A stretch of 64,000 bases of DNA from Mizuhopecten yessoensis (taxonomy: Eukaryota): positions 588,760 to 652,759 of the forward strand of contig NW_018408866.1 in NCBI RefSeq assembly GCF_002113885.1. Direction: 5' to 3'. The notes below the pieces were generated by a model. That model did no database searches. It worked only from the letters and a program-made list of their open reading frames with translations, and had not been told where the DNA came from. Position 1 is the first letter of the stretch; each line of letters starts with the position of its first letter. Below are positions 27,601 to 41,350 of this stretch, piece after piece. Both the position numbers and the translations under genes were made by a program.

Positions 27601-28860
27601 AGAATAGGATCAGACTCCCAGATCAGGAAGGAAGTACATTTTAATGATTGGCTGTGAACTTTGTTTTGATAATAAATTAAACTTAGATACAAGTAGCGGA
27701 TAGGGTCGACAGTAAAATCTAGGGTAGGTCGGGATACATGAAACATATTTATTTAGCATCAGGCATTCGCTATGTCGTTGATCATCATAAAGCTGTTGCC
27801 ATCCGCAAGAAAACTCACAACGCAATCATCTCTCTTGTAACAAAATAGTAAATGATCAGGAATGACGTTACAAAGATTATATAGTAGCAGTCTATCTTTC
27901 TTTAACTGCTGCTGTGCGGAGACGAGAAACTATGGATGACGATAACACTTCTCACCTCATTCCTACAGTTTGTTTCAGAGTCTCAACGTTTCTCCTAGAT
28001 CTCGTATCTTCTCTCTTTTACATTTCCTCTCTTCATTTAAACGGTCCATTGTTTTTTCATATATCGTAGTCATTCTAATTATTTTTTAGGTATTATAGAA
28101 ATAATTCATCTAAACAGTGAATCAATATTAACACAATAGTGAAAGAATGTTGTATAAAAGACCAATAACACAAAAGTAATGTCCATTTGTTTTGTAATCA
28201 AAAGTAAACAATCACTAGAGAAAAATATGGAAGTAACTTCTAAAAGGAGAAGCTCGAGACAAACACACAACAAATTTCCTGTTTCATGACAACATTTGAA
28301 CCAGTATAATGTGCATGATCTATTTATCAAAATCGCGGTACAAATGATAGATCAAACACAATTTTCATCAAAGAGTAGCTGAAAAAGATGGCTTCCAAAT
28401 TTCGACAATATTCTATGGAAAAAATCAATGACAGGCAATTATGTGACTTTCAAATATATGATAATCGTGACAAATATCAAAACAAAATACTGCTACATTA
28501 TCAACACACAAACGGGAGAGAAATTGTAGTTTCTTTTCAACAAAACGATGCTTAGCCCTAGTTGTTAATAGAACTGGATCAATACATTGTGTCTATCGTG
28601 ACCATACCACAAAGACATCCCACTCCAATGTCAGTCCAGCGTGTACGAGTAGGATCTGCTAAGCTTCATTACATGAGGTCAACACTGATTAGTTAATTTT
28701 ATCCAAAAAAATTCCCATGGCTATATCTATCTGCGGGTGCCACAGTGGGGGACGTTAATTCGACGGATTTATTTTGTTAATGTCATAATCATTATCATTA
28801 AAAAACGCTGACTATATAACAACATTGATGGTTGAATGTTGATGACCTGTTCTCGTGTTT
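24545..28860. repeat. Tandem triplication of a ~1.7-kb unit; middle copy lacks ~0.65 kb
   Basis: CR1-tail block at ~24560, 26265 and 27315; second block at ~25430, 26470 and 28160; MITE-plus-flank block at 24718-25430 and 27455-28160. Confidence 0.9.
24718..25024. mobile_element. MITE with GGC(C)AAA-type TIRs (Zator-like, tentative); second copy ~27455-27760
   Basis: TTAGGGCAAAACAAAA...TTTATTTTGACCTAA ends with internal AGGGTAGGTCGG motifs. Confidence 0.5.
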
Positions 28861-29069
28861 CGTGTGCCGAGAAATTCGAAATCTCGTTCTATATCAGGTG
28901 TCTCATATAGCAACGAGATTTGAGGATATACCATATATCTCATATATTATTTATATGCTATCTTCTTTAGAAAGTTATATTTCTGATATAATTTGTATAT
29001 CTTATATACTATGAAAGATATATCACATAGTATCACATAGTATCACATAGTATATGAGATATTGTATAA

Positions 29070-30110
29070 GTGTGTTGGGCAAATGATAAGCACGGCAGAT
29101 GTTTCAAAGGTGCCCAATACAAATTCTTGCATGGCCGCATAATCTGTGGAGGCAAGCATCAGCAGCGTAACTGTTCCAATGCTGCCCAATCTGGGTTACG
29201 ATCCGAAACCAAGCAAAATTCTGGCTCGGTCAACACCCGACCATCCCAACTACCTAACCAGTCCAATAACAGACAACAACGTAAGGCCCCTCAATAGTAA
29301 GCCTTTACCTACCCTATTGTTATTGACAAGTTTTTAACCTAACTACAGGGTTAAGATAAGTCAAAACTAAAGTTTCTCCGAGATGGTTTTAAGCATGGTT
29401 TTAGGTTGCAATATGAAGGGCCTCGCGTATTTCGTGATTCCAGAAATCTTAAGTCGGCTTTAGATGACATGCAAATGCTAAAAGCTAAACTTCAAAGAGA
29501 GATTTATCATGGGCGTTGTTTTGGACCCTACCCTACACCACCTTTTACTAATTTGCAAATCTCTCCACTTGGTTTAGTTCCCCAAAAAGAACCTAATGAA
29601 TTCAGAGTTATACATCACATGTCCTTTCCAGAAGGTTCCTCGACCAATGATGGCATCGCTCCAGATAATTCCACGGTTGTTTATCAAACGATCGATCAAG
29701 GATAAAATTAATTAAATATCATGGTCATATTCATTTCTGGCAAAGACTGATATTGAATCAGCATTTCGTTTAATTCCGATTCATCCGAATGATTACAAAC
29801 TCTTGGTCTTTAAAATTTATGACAAATTTTATTTTGACCGTGTCCTGCCAATTTGTTGTTCTATTTCATGTCGTTTGTTTGAAGCATTTAGCTCAGCCAT
29901 TCATTGGACTTTAGAACATAAATTTAAAGTTTCTCGAGTTGTACATGTTTTGGATGATTTTCTATTTGTAGGCCCCCTGACTCTCGCAAATGTCTGGATG
30001 ATTTAAACAATTTCCTGACATTTTGTTCCGACACGTCTATTCGCATAGAGCAAAGTTAAACTGAACTGCTCACAACAATTCTGACTCTTCTTGGCATTAC
30101 TCTTGGTTTA
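29070..30110 (+). mobile_element. DIRS/Ngaro tyrosine-recombinase retrotransposon fragment (gag Zn knuckle and RT)
   Basis: ISPLGLVPQKEPNEFRVIHHMSFPEGSSTNDGI; AKTDIESAFRLIPIHP; FDRVLPICCSISCRLFE; HVLDDFLFVGP; disrupted by stops. Confidence 0.9.
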
Positions 30111-31887
30111 GCAATAGTAACTCGTGTGTACACGTGAAATTATGATAATTAATAACTATATTTATGTTTTGTTTGTGTGTGTCTGTGTGTGTACGTCCTA
30201 TGTTGTATTGTAAATAATCAAAAGTGAGTTACCTCCCTTTAACTACTTTATCGTTTACATTTATGTATTTTCATTTCAAAATATCTATAAAATGTATATA
30301 GCTATAGTTCTATAATATTATTGTAATACTCTAGCCACCTATTGGGAATAATTTATATAGGCTTGACCATAACACCATGTCAATAAAATCTGTGGAAATG
30401 AAAGAAATGAAAAGTGGACCACTTAGCTCTTTCATCTTGGACTGTAGAAAGATAACAGAATTCCACAGAGGACTTATCGTACACAATGGTTATATGGAAA
30501 TTGAAAATGCAATGAACTATATTGTTTGATATACAGTGCATACAATTGTGTTTTATTATATCAGTACATGTACGTTCTTAATATTTCCATGAACATTTTT
30601 TGCTATTGTAGGCTGCTGGGCATTGGACCGGGTTGCTATTTGTGGTTCTTATACAAAATTTTAGTAGCCAGATTGGTGAACGTTCTAGATAACTGATGTT
30701 AATCAGTTTTGTTTATTTTATATGAAATGCATATAACTTTCATTTCCATATGCGTCATCTTATATTTATTTGTTAAAGATTCGAGTATATCGCATCATTG
30801 TTTTAGATTTGGCAAGTTTAGATATTTACCTGTATAGTGTGTGTATGTATATGATTACAGTACCAAGGGTTTGAAATCTCTACGTTGTTTTCCTAACCCA
30901 TTTAAGACTTTAAGTGCATTGGACAAAAACTTTAAAAAATAAAGTTTTTATATAAAAATGTCGTTTATAAAAAAAATTGAAAATAAATATGGTTTGATAA
31001 CTTTCAGAAGCATGTTGAGGTCATTTTTGTTTCCTTCTTGTACAAACGTACATGTGAACATTAATTCAAATGCTATTGTTTGAGAAAAGATAAATGTACA
31101 TATTATTAAAACGACTTTTCACCAAATCCATAAAGATCCACTTGTAAGTATTGTTAATGTAGTAAATTTCCAGATCATTTTCCCTTGCAACATGATTTGT
31201 ACTGAAAATATAAAATTAAGATATATCGTCATTCTTGATACGGATTGTCAGTCATATCGTACGCGTATAAACCATACATATATCAGTTGCGTGTCTTTAT
31301 CGGGGTCCTCCGTTTTTCTATGAACTAGCGACGTAGGTACACTCACGCCAAACTGGTCGAAGGCTGACGAAAAGCGAACCACCGATTCATTTTATACCAA
31401 GAGTTTTCCTTTGTTCAATTATGGCACATGACAGCGACACCAATGTGTATAGCATCGACGGTTGAAATCTTGTATATTTTTATCCTATCCTTAATTTCAT
31501 TTTTATTCTTGATTTTCATACTTCGTAAAGCCTTTCGTGGCACCAACTCCTGTGCTGACAGTAATGGGATTTATCCACTGATTAATCAGTTGTAAGTAAC
31601 TTCTGACAGGTAGGAGTGTTGTGCTTGGTACTTCGGCATGGTATTCCAGTGAGGTAGCACTTTAACGTTGGGATACTTTCTGTCCATGTATTGTTGTTTT
31701 TATTTTGTTGTTTTTGTACAAAATAAGAGTATTTCACTTCAAGCTTAATTTCACATGTAATATCTTCAACGCTACCTTTCCATTTAGGCGTTATCATGTA
31801 TACAATAGATGTGGCTGGTACAATGGCTGTTTGCCTGCTTACCTGAATCAGAACATTTCGTAAGGAGTAACATATTTCAGTAACATA

Positions 31888-32010
31888 TGTGGGTTTTCTC
31901 TGGGTACTCCGTTTTCCTTCCACATTACGACCCTCGCGCGCGTAGATCCGGGCTAATACGAGTGATCAATATAAATTGTAAAAACTTGTTTCAATATTGT
32001 TGTAAAATAA
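31888..32010 (+). mobile_element. 5'-truncated SINE (Meta-SINE-like core)
   Basis: GGGTTTTCTCTGGGTACTCCGTTTTCCTTCCAC core and A-rich 3' end. Confidence 0.6.
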
Positions 32011-32377
32011 ATTCAGTGGCCGACATATGTCTCTTAATCAGATGTGTGTCCACGTGGAATTAAAAGGGACTCGTTAAGAAACCACAGCTGAAAAACAGAC
32101 CTTGAAATTAAAGATGAAGGCTGTTATGTGAATAGTAGGCCATACTTGCCATACTTTCACAAATAAACAAATCGGAGATTGCATTTGTTTCAATCATTCT
32201 TAACTTTAATAAATAAATCTTGATTTACCTTGTAAATTATATTATACACATGATTTCATAATTGATTAAATTCGTATGCGTATACAGCCGCCAATAATTG
32301 GGCAATGTACCAATACGCTTGATATTTCGTTGTGTTGACCATGCGGGAGTCGGGCTTTCTTCGTCAGAGAGGTCCTC

Positions 32378-35300
32378 TTATTTGGAATCGCAGGATCCTT
32401 CATGGACATTGTTCACTCCCCTTGAAAAGAATTACAATATGAGAAATAAAATGTAATAACTATGATATGAATACAGATATAAATAAGAAATGTTATACAT
32501 TTTGTAATACACAATCAAGTACTTTCATTATATTATTGATTTAGCCATAAATTATAAAATGTATATATAAAAAGCCGTTGTTCTAATTTTCTATAGTAGC
32601 AGTCTACTGCAATCCTCATACAACATACATTCCCTTTTTATCTACAAACTATAACTGTCATTTTAAGAACACTATAATTCATGTGCTGTAAAGCTCCTCA
32701 GAGTAATTTTACAGATTATATAGGGCGTTATATAGATGCTGTATATTATTATTATTGAGATATTTTTTCCTGTATCAAAAACTGTGAATTACGACACATC
32801 ATATGTGTATAAATTATAAAAAAGCGCTAGAAGAAGAAGCGACGCTAAACGTTAATTCTTATGCATCTTTGTATGGAAAACTAAACACTTAACTTATCCT
32901 TAATTCGAGTAAAATTCAACTTTTTCACACGAACAGTTTTTATCACACGTATATATATTACTAGTGTGTCTGTAATACCATAATGTAGAAAGTTGTGTGT
33001 GGTCGATAAAGGCACTAGAGAACGACCATTTTGTACTACAAATCACTTGTCATATCCGATATGTATACTTTTGCATGTTTGTTTTTCATATGTCCACATT
33101 GATTGCATATTTTATAATAACGCAATCTGTGTTTATTCAGATTCATGAAAACAAGAGAATGTACACATACTGTTTATAAAACAAGAGAATGCACTCATAT
33201 TGTTTAATCTAATTAATTTGAAATAAGTCGCTTTCACCACATTCGAGAAAATAGTTTTCGACAAAAGTAAATTATTTGCTCTGGGGGAAATTTGTCAGAT
33301 ACATATATCACTGAAGGATTATAACATTGTTGCCATGTATGTATACATACGCGCATTCTCTACTGCAGTCGTTGGAGTAGGTAACATCGTCATCGCCACA
33401 AACAGGCCGGTAGTCTTGGTTACAAACACATTCGTCTTCTTCTTCACACTCTCCTTCGTGAAGCAGATGGATATTGCTGAAAAGTGTAATTTCAGATGCT
33501 TCTAGTTGTAGTTAAAACATATATAGAATATATGTATAAGTAATGATAATGTAGATTCATTTAAACTTTTTTACAAACTGAGTACGCGATATTTCATTAG
33601 TAGATTTAAGAAATAACACTGTATGTGGGTGCATTATGGTGGAATATATAAAATATAACGAGCGTGAAAAAATGTTGGAAAAATAATTAACGAGTTATTG
33701 TTTCAACTATTATATTTAACCATTTGTTGATTTATCTATTCTACCAAGTAAAATGTAACGAGATCATATGCCTTTGATAAGCAAGTAAATTAAGCTGTTC
33801 TTTTGCGCGCGCTAACATTGGTCACATTTGTCACATGGTCTTTATGTCTACATTCTACACAACAGGCTGCGTGTTTTATCATTTCTGACCCTCTGCTCAT
33901 TTAGAGCAGTTGTCGTATTTTGTCCATTTCTATTTCTATTCGGTCGACAGATGATAAANCCACATTGATTGCATATTTTATAATAACGCAATCTGTGTTT
34001 ATTCAGATTCATGAAAACAAGAGAATGTACACATACTGTTTATAAAACAAGAGAATGCACTCATATTGTTTAATCTAATTAATTTGAAATAAGTCGCTTT
34101 CACCACATTCGAGAAAATAGTTTTCGACAAAAGTAAATTATTTGCTCTGGGGGAAATTTGTCAGATACATATATCACTGAAGGATTATAACATTGTTGCC
34201 ATGTATGTATACATACGCGCATTCTCTACTGCAGTCGTTGGAGTAGGTAACATCGTCATCGCCACAAACAGGCCGGTAGTCTTGGTTACAAACACATTCG
34301 TCTTCTTCTTCACACTCTCCTTCGTGAAGCAGATGGATATTGCTGAAAGGTGTAATTTCAGATGCTTCTAGTTGTAGTTAAAACATATATAGAATATATG
34401 TATAAGTAATGATAATGTAGATTCATTTAAACTTTTTTACAAACTGAGTACGCGATATTTCATTAGTAGATTTAAGAAATAACACTGTATGTGGGTGCAT
34501 TATGGTGGAATATATAAAATATAACGAGCGTGAAAAAATGTTGGAAAAATAATTAACGAGTTATTGTTTCAACTATTATATTTAACCATTTGTTGATTTA
34601 TCTATTCTACCAAGTAAAATGTAACGAGATCATATGTCTTTGATAAGCAAGTAAATTAAGCTGTTCTTTTGCGCGCGCTAACATTTGTCACATTTATCAC
34701 ATGGTCTTTATGTCTTCATTCCACACAACAGGCTGCGTGTTTTATCATTTCTGACCCTCTGTTCATTAAGAGCAGTTGTCGTATTTTGTCCATTTCTTTT
34801 TCTATTCGGTCGACAGATGATAAACACTGACTGACGTTATGCTTTATGCAAAATGTTTATTTCAATCAATCAAACCCTTTAGCCTATCGACACTGCTCGT
34901 CAACACATTAAATCAGCATTTGATAGATTAACAAACAATATTTCAAGTCACCTCCGCGGTAAATTCAGCCGATCATTAAGTAGATATAGAGGTTTGTCAG
35001 CTAGCAAATCTTTAAATACATAAAATTAAATGGGGGTACCCTCATTCGACATTCCGAATAGAGTTGGTCTGTTTGAAAATAATACACGAGCGCGCATGGT
35101 CTATCGTCCAATAATCCATAGTTATTAACCATTGAAAGTTGGCGTTACATCGAATTGTAAATAACGGTGAATATTCTCCTTTGTTTAAACTATAATAAAA
35201 AGGACTAGTGAAAATAACTTAATAACCCTTGCTTATCGTCAATCGGAACTTAAATACGTGTTTGTTTAAAAATTGACAATGTTAATGTCATTCCATTCAA

Positions 35301-35762
35301 ATGCGACGGTGAAACACGTATATCATTAACTTTTGTGACTTTTGATCGAAATTAACGTATAGTTTATCGACTATTAAATGAAGGTAATTTCAAGACTTCC
35401 TAAATAATAAAAGATATTTGAGTTTTGGAAAAATGGCGTCAATATATACCTTTAATTTATGTATTTTGATAATCAGCATTTGACAGATTATGAATTAGTG
35501 CATTTTAAGTGCAATTTGATCAAAGTGAGTAATTGAAGAATAATCATTTGTAAAGAAAAAGTCTTGCACTGTTCAACCGAATAACTTGGCATACTTACTT
35601 CTTACAATTTCTCATGCAATCGTTTCCATAAGTTTTGCGGTCTGTACCACATACAGGTTTGAGGTCCATTGAACATGCACATGCTCTATCCGGTTCTTCG
35701 TCGACAGTCGCTGTGAGGGCGACAGAAACACAGACCGCAAAGATTACCAATGTCAGTTTCAT
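32378..35762 (-). CDS. Secreted two-domain Kazal-type serine protease inhibitor 1 (~110 aa; P1 Met, Gln)
   Basis: Coding exons 35762-35599, 34342-34217 (duplicate at 33476-33351) and 32420-32378 with phase-2 junctions: MKLTLVIFAVCVSVALTATVDEEPDRACACSMDLKPVCGTDRKTYGNDCMRNCKNNIHLLHEGECEEEDECVCNQDYRPVCGDDDVTYSNDCSRECAGVNNVHEGSCDSK*. Confidence 0.92.
33095..34825. repeat. 866-bp direct duplication joined by a single N (33959), containing Kazal-1 exon 3
   Basis: Two near-identical copies at an 866-nt offset with a few substitutions; probably an allelic overlap artefact. Confidence 0.85.
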
Positions 35763-36107
35763 TATGAGGATGAGTCTGTCGGGATAATACCTGAAAAATA
35801 AGAATAATATATCAACATAGTCTACCATACAGTCGATTTAAAGAGTTGATAGACAAATTGTCAATGGAAATGACCCTAGATTAGTAAACTATTTTCACAT
35901 TTCTGAAAAAGGAAATTAAATAAGTAAATAGATGAATAACTATATACATTGTGTTTAGTTTTGCGGATCACACATTGTACATTGTTCTGTCCTACACCAT
36001 TAGAACTGACTAACAGTACATAATTTAACACATTTAGCATCTCAATGATGAAACAATATTAAGTGGTACAATGTCACAATGTATAAATGCTATACTGTTT
36101 TACAAAC

Positions 36108-36255
36108 CTGTACTGGTAGTCTTCAGATCACTTGAGAACGTTTACTGGTCACCCCAGAGTAGCACTATTTATAGGCAGTCATTTCAGTTCATCATCAATT
36201 ATATACAGATGATACACGTTTATGAATATAAACATTGGTCAGGCAAGTAACATAC
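36108..36255 (-). promoter_or_regulatory. Kazal-1 TATA promoter and non-coding exon 1
   Basis: TATAAATA at 36173-36166 and CAG|GTTTGT donor at 36107; conserved in all three Kazal genes. Confidence 0.75.
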
Positions 36256-38872
36256 TTACAAAAGCCTCGGGCCCCTTGGCTTGTTTACATGGCAGCACAT
36301 TTAGATGTAAGTGTAACACATTTGAACCCCAAACAAAACCACGATGTATTGTATCAAGTTACAGATTTTTTCAGGTAGCTTTTTGTTGTTTTGAAATTTG
36401 AATTTTTCATCATCTCCTGTTGTTAAATACTTTATTGATTTAGACCTTGTGTTTTGTCGCTGAAATATTAAATTACTCCATTTTATTTAGTTTAAGCATT
36501 TTAATGCAATTTCACAGGTGTTATTGTAACCCGATTTTCGATTATTTGACGTCAGTGACTGACAAGATTAAACTAGTATTCAATGTTACTTCATTTGTTG
36601 GGGACTTTCCTGATTGTACTGATTTCCCCATAATGTTTGTGTGGGTTGATTATTTTCAGATTTTTATTGCTGATATCTCCTTACCTTTTAAAATTGATTA
36701 TTTTTTATCATTTCAAGTTTTATTTTTTTTGTTGTGTGTCACTTAAAGAATACATTTGTAACGCTCTTTTACAAAATGTTATTCTTTAGTCGAGGGGTTA
36801 TTGCCTTTTGAAGTGTAATGCTTTACGTTCCCACACAATTGTCCTTAAACTGGTTTGGTGGGGTAAAGGGGAGGGAGGGAGAGGTTGTCAAAAGAAGAAG
36901 ACCTCAATCTTTACATCGGACATTGGAAGACAAGTGTCCTCATTGTTTGTGATGATATAACCATATATTTAAGCATTTGTTTAGAAGTGGTTATAGTTAT
37001 GAGCCTCATCAAAACGATATGACATAAAAATGTAATAAATTCAAACATACTGTTGTGTGCTTGCATACAATGAAACACACGTTTTCCTCACCAACTGTTT
37101 TTGTCACCTACCAGCGTCATATTTAATAACATTTTTTTCTTTTTATCTGCAAAAATTAAAACATCATAATTTTCGTACAAAATGCATGAAATAAATGCAT
37201 ATATTACAGACCTATTTGCTTACTAGTCTATTGTATCGGGTTTTGGTTTAGGGAACTCGTAATCGCCTTGATAATAAAACCAAAATGTCCTCCTTACATT
37301 ACCCTCATATATACGTGTAGGAATACTTGTAAATGTATAGATTAGGTAATGCTATGTATCGATAACCTGTACAAAGAATTTTCGATTACTACGCTCTTAA
37401 GTAAGATTATGTTGCTAGCAAAAAATAAATCAGAAAGAGACGACGATGATTCTGTAGTGAGGTTGATTTGTTAATCGACTAAGATAAGGAGTAATAACTT
37501 AGTATGTCATTGATTGGTGTTAATTGAGTGTCATCTGTAGTTATAAACATATTTTCATAAAAAATCACCTATAATAAAAATGCAATGAATATTCATATTA
37601 TTTATTCTTATATTAAATATGAGATGTATGAAAAATTCAAAAAAGAAAGTTTAATTTTTATTTATTATTTTACATTCTTAGTTTTGATTAGTTTTGTAGA
37701 CAAAATCAGAACATAAAAAACATGTATATAATTTCATTGCTAAACAGTTATATTTCTGTTAACATCACTGATATATCTCCGCCTATTCGGTTGTTTTAAA
37801 CTTTGGTCTTTTACTAATATCTGCCACTGGTGTGGCTTAGTATAAACATTTTCACGAATGCGATTTTTTTTGTGACATAACTCACAATTTTATAAATGTG
37901 AACCAATTTTTATGTTTCAAATGGACAAGTCTTGATCCGTCATTACACGATATTATGAGCCGTCATTGGCAATGTTTGAATTTCATTTCCTGCTCGGCGA
38001 TTTTATAAGTCTAAAGTCTGCTATTTATTTGAATTATATTCAAACGTACACAGGTAATATTTCATTGTTCGCACACCTGTAGAGCTGATTCGACGTGTTC
38101 CCCTGACCCGAAAGTTTATATTTGACATTGGTGACACATTCAGACGATTATCTCAAGAAAAAGAGCCAACATGCTATGTTGAAATTTTGATATGTTACTC
38201 CAAAGATGTTGCTCTTGACCAGGTTAGATGGAAAGTTGGCTATCACATATTGGGAATTGAAATTAATTGTTACAATGAAACATATAGTATATATAAACGG
38301 GTGCTTAACGGGAAAAGTTACTCTCTACAAAGTACCAGAAAAGTGAGGTTGTCTCTGTATGTCAATATGCTGATTACTTGCTTGTCTACTACCCATCCTT
38401 CCATAATTTGTTTATCTAGTTCGTATTTGAACACATCTTTTCATTTTCAGTAATTCTTTTTTGTATTTATTAATTTGTTAGTTAACGTTTACTCTTACAT
38501 AATAGTCATTGAAATTTACGTAACTATCATCGTTTCCTTTAGGAATAATGAAAACTAGATTCATCATATTTCTCATGTCGATTTCGTACTGATCACATTC
38601 CAAATATACAGGGGGTACTTGTGATATCTTTGATTGAAATGGTATGTAAAATATCGATTAATCAAGAATAATTTAATCAGGATGTACATTGTCAGATATC
38701 AAGTCCCGAGTGATTGGTGATTTATTAGCATTTTTTATACTATATACAGATTATTGAATAACTATTTAACAAGACGGTTGAAGCCAATGTGCCTTAAGTG
38801 ATTATCTTTTTTCTGATGCTTTCGATGTTTGTCTTTTTTCAGCTTAATGTTCATACTCATTTTTTCCTAATC

Positions 38873-38944
38873 AGCAGAGTGGCGCAGTGGAAGCGTGCTG
38901 GGCCCATAACCCAGAGGTCCGAGGATTGAAACCTCGCTCTGCTA
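38873..38944 (+). tRNA. Initiator tRNA-Met(CAT), T-loop variant (GATTGAAA)
   Basis: AGCAGAGTGGCGCAGTGGAAGCGTGCTGGGCCCATAACCCAGAGGTCCGAGGATTGAAACCTCGCTCTGCTA; A1-U72 pair, oligo-T terminator; one B-box change relative to the 63672 copy. Confidence 0.8.
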
Positions 38945-39878
38945 AGATACATTGTGTTTTTTTTCAATTTATTTATTCCTCTTCAACAATATATACACAT
39001 ATCACGGACTTATTTTCAAACATTCTGAATAAATAAGTATGTCGAATATTGAAAGGATTTTTTTCAAAATAAGATCTTTCATAATTATCCAACACTTTCA
39101 TTTTACTCTTCAGTGTAGAAAAAGAACATTCTTACTGGGCGATGAACATCAACAAGTTTTCATAATCAATGCAAAATTCCGTTCCTTTACTGTTCACATT
39201 GATATCACTTTGATGAATTTACAATGACAATTAAATGCAAAGTTACAGATAGTGTATACTGAAAAATAATGTTACTTTTAACAACATTTTAATTCAATAA
39301 TTACATGTACAACATCATTCATACAAAATCGCATGCGGTAGATGAATAAGGATTAGACAGCAAACTCAAACTGTAGGTATGTCATCTCCCTTAGTTTTGT
39401 CTGCATGTATGGATATAATGAGTAATTTTGTTTAACATTGAAAAAAAAAAAAAAAAACTGATTGAAAATGACAATAAGATACGTAGTACATGTACATGTA
39501 GTCATTGAAATTTACATATCTATAATCGTTTTCCTTTAGGAATTATCAAAACTAGGTTCATCATATCTCTAATGTCGATTTCGTACTGATCAGATTCAAA
39601 ATATATACCTATTTCTTTTACTTACATATGTAGCGAGTACTTGTGATATCTTTGTTCGAAATGGTATGTTAAAAATAATTAAAGAAAGAATTGATAAGTC
39701 AGGATGTACATTGTCAGATTTAACTCCCAAATGATTGGTGATTTATTAACATTTCTTATACAATATACAGATTATTGAATAACTATTTAACAAGACATTT
39801 GAAGCCAATGTGCCTTAAGTGATTATCAATTTGGCTGACCCACTTCAGCTAAATGTTCCTAATAATATATTCGTAATC

Positions 39879-39950
39879 AGCAGAGTGGCGCAGTGGAAGC
39901 GTGTTGGGACCATAACCCACAGGTCCAAGGATGGACACCTCGCTCTGCTA
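39879..39950 (+). pseudogene. Initiator tRNA-Met pseudogene
   Basis: 72-nt copy with anticodon-arm and T-arm substitutions (T-loop GATGGACA). Confidence 0.8.
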
Positions 39951-40182
39951 ATATACACATTTGTTTCGAATTTAGTTCAATCCTTTCCATTTATTAAATG
40001 TCAAATATAGGACATGATTTCATAATTTCCTTGAAATGCACCGCGTCCAGTAATTAAATCTCGTTTCAAAATGATATCTCTCAACAATCCAATATTTTCC
40101 AAATGATATTTTGACTAATCAAATCCACACTTTCTTTTATTTTCCAGAAAAAATAGTTGTCATTCATAGAAAAAACACAGTA

Positions 40183-40228
40183 AGAAGAGTGTCGCAGAGG
40201 TCCGAGGATCGAAAACTCTGCTTTGCTA
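40183..40228 (+). pseudogene. Internally deleted tRNA-iMet remnant
   Basis: 5' part (…GTCGCAG) joined directly to AGGTCCGAGGATCGAAA; D-loop through anticodon arm is missing. Confidence 0.65.
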
Positions 40229-40589
40229 AGATACACAATTTTGAGGATTATCTGTGTCTTGTTAAGAAAGACGTGCGGGTCTCTAGCATTTGAAGTGAAT
40301 ATGCTTTCAGGATAGCACTTGAAAAATGGCTAGAAGTTTTGAGGTGTTAAAGGAAACAGTAGTGGTACCAAAAATTTCGTAATATACATTCAAAATCAGC
40401 ACAGGCTGTAAGATACAATCAGCACATGGAATTTATAATTTAGATACAGGTGTTTTTATGAACTAGGAGCTTGCAAATAAAATTAGTTCGAAGCCAACAG
40501 AGAAGAACATAATAAACAGTCATGATATATGAACTTACCCAGGTTAATTAATTCTTTGATATTGACGGTTGATAATATTTTTTTCTATG

Positions 40590-41350
40590 CCTTCCAGTTT
40601 CTATTAAAAGATTGTGTGAAGAGTCGTATTTTGACAATTGCTTTTTTGTACTTTACAGGAATAGGTTAACACCCTGCACTTAGTAGAGGTGGAGAAAAAC
40701 GTCTCACAGTCTTGTTTGAATATATCTAACAATCTCTGTTTTACTAAAACCAAAACATGATGTGTATTGAAGCCACCCAGTGCTTGCCAGTACTCCGACA
40801 TACCAGTAGAACAGAATTCTTGTTGAACAGAAGCCATCCAATTTTTACAATATGTGTTCGATTCACACTCATTGTACATATCTTGATAACATGCATTTAA
40901 AATACAGTTGCTAGAAGTCAATAGTTTATACCACTTCAAAATTCTGATTTTCCTCGAAATGATAAGAGGATATCTAACCAGTTCAAAATAGATCATTGAG
41001 TTTGGTGTAGATTTTCGAACTCCTACAATATTCTTACAAACTATTCTAGATGTAGTTGTTCGATATAAGGCGCTTTGTGTAAACCCCACACTTCGCAAGC
41101 ATAGTTGGCTACACTGCCGACATACGTGTCAAAAAGTGACAACAGTGTGCAAAAATTTAACAACATAGATTTCCATATCTTTTGAGAGAAAAATGAGCTT
41201 TCCTACCCTTTGACGCTAATTGTTTCTGCGTTAATTTTAAAATTACCATTACAATTGAGTTTTATTGATTTTCTGAAAACTACAATTTTTGTTTTTTTCA
41301 ACGTTAACTGTTAGAGACCACCTCCTAGTATATAATAACAATTCATCTAA
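40590..41350 (-). mobile_element. LINE ORF2 3' remnant (mirror copy ~60760-61520, + strand)
   Basis: GVRKSTPNSMIYFELVRYPL...NCILNACY...NWMASVQQE...VKQRLLDIF. Confidence 0.7.

Noticed and set aside
32190-32378. Open frame after the Kazal-1 stop (EDLSDEESPTP...) suggesting readthrough, or a SECIS in the conserved 3' UTR
   Set aside because: The frame is not kept in genes 2 and 3, the stops are TAA/TAG rather than TGA, and no clear SECIS fold is visible.
32685-32757. Stem-loop plus (ATT)n in the last Kazal-1 intron as a possible ncRNA
   Set aside because: Resembles a truncated LINE/SINE 3' tail (similar to ~19900-19960).
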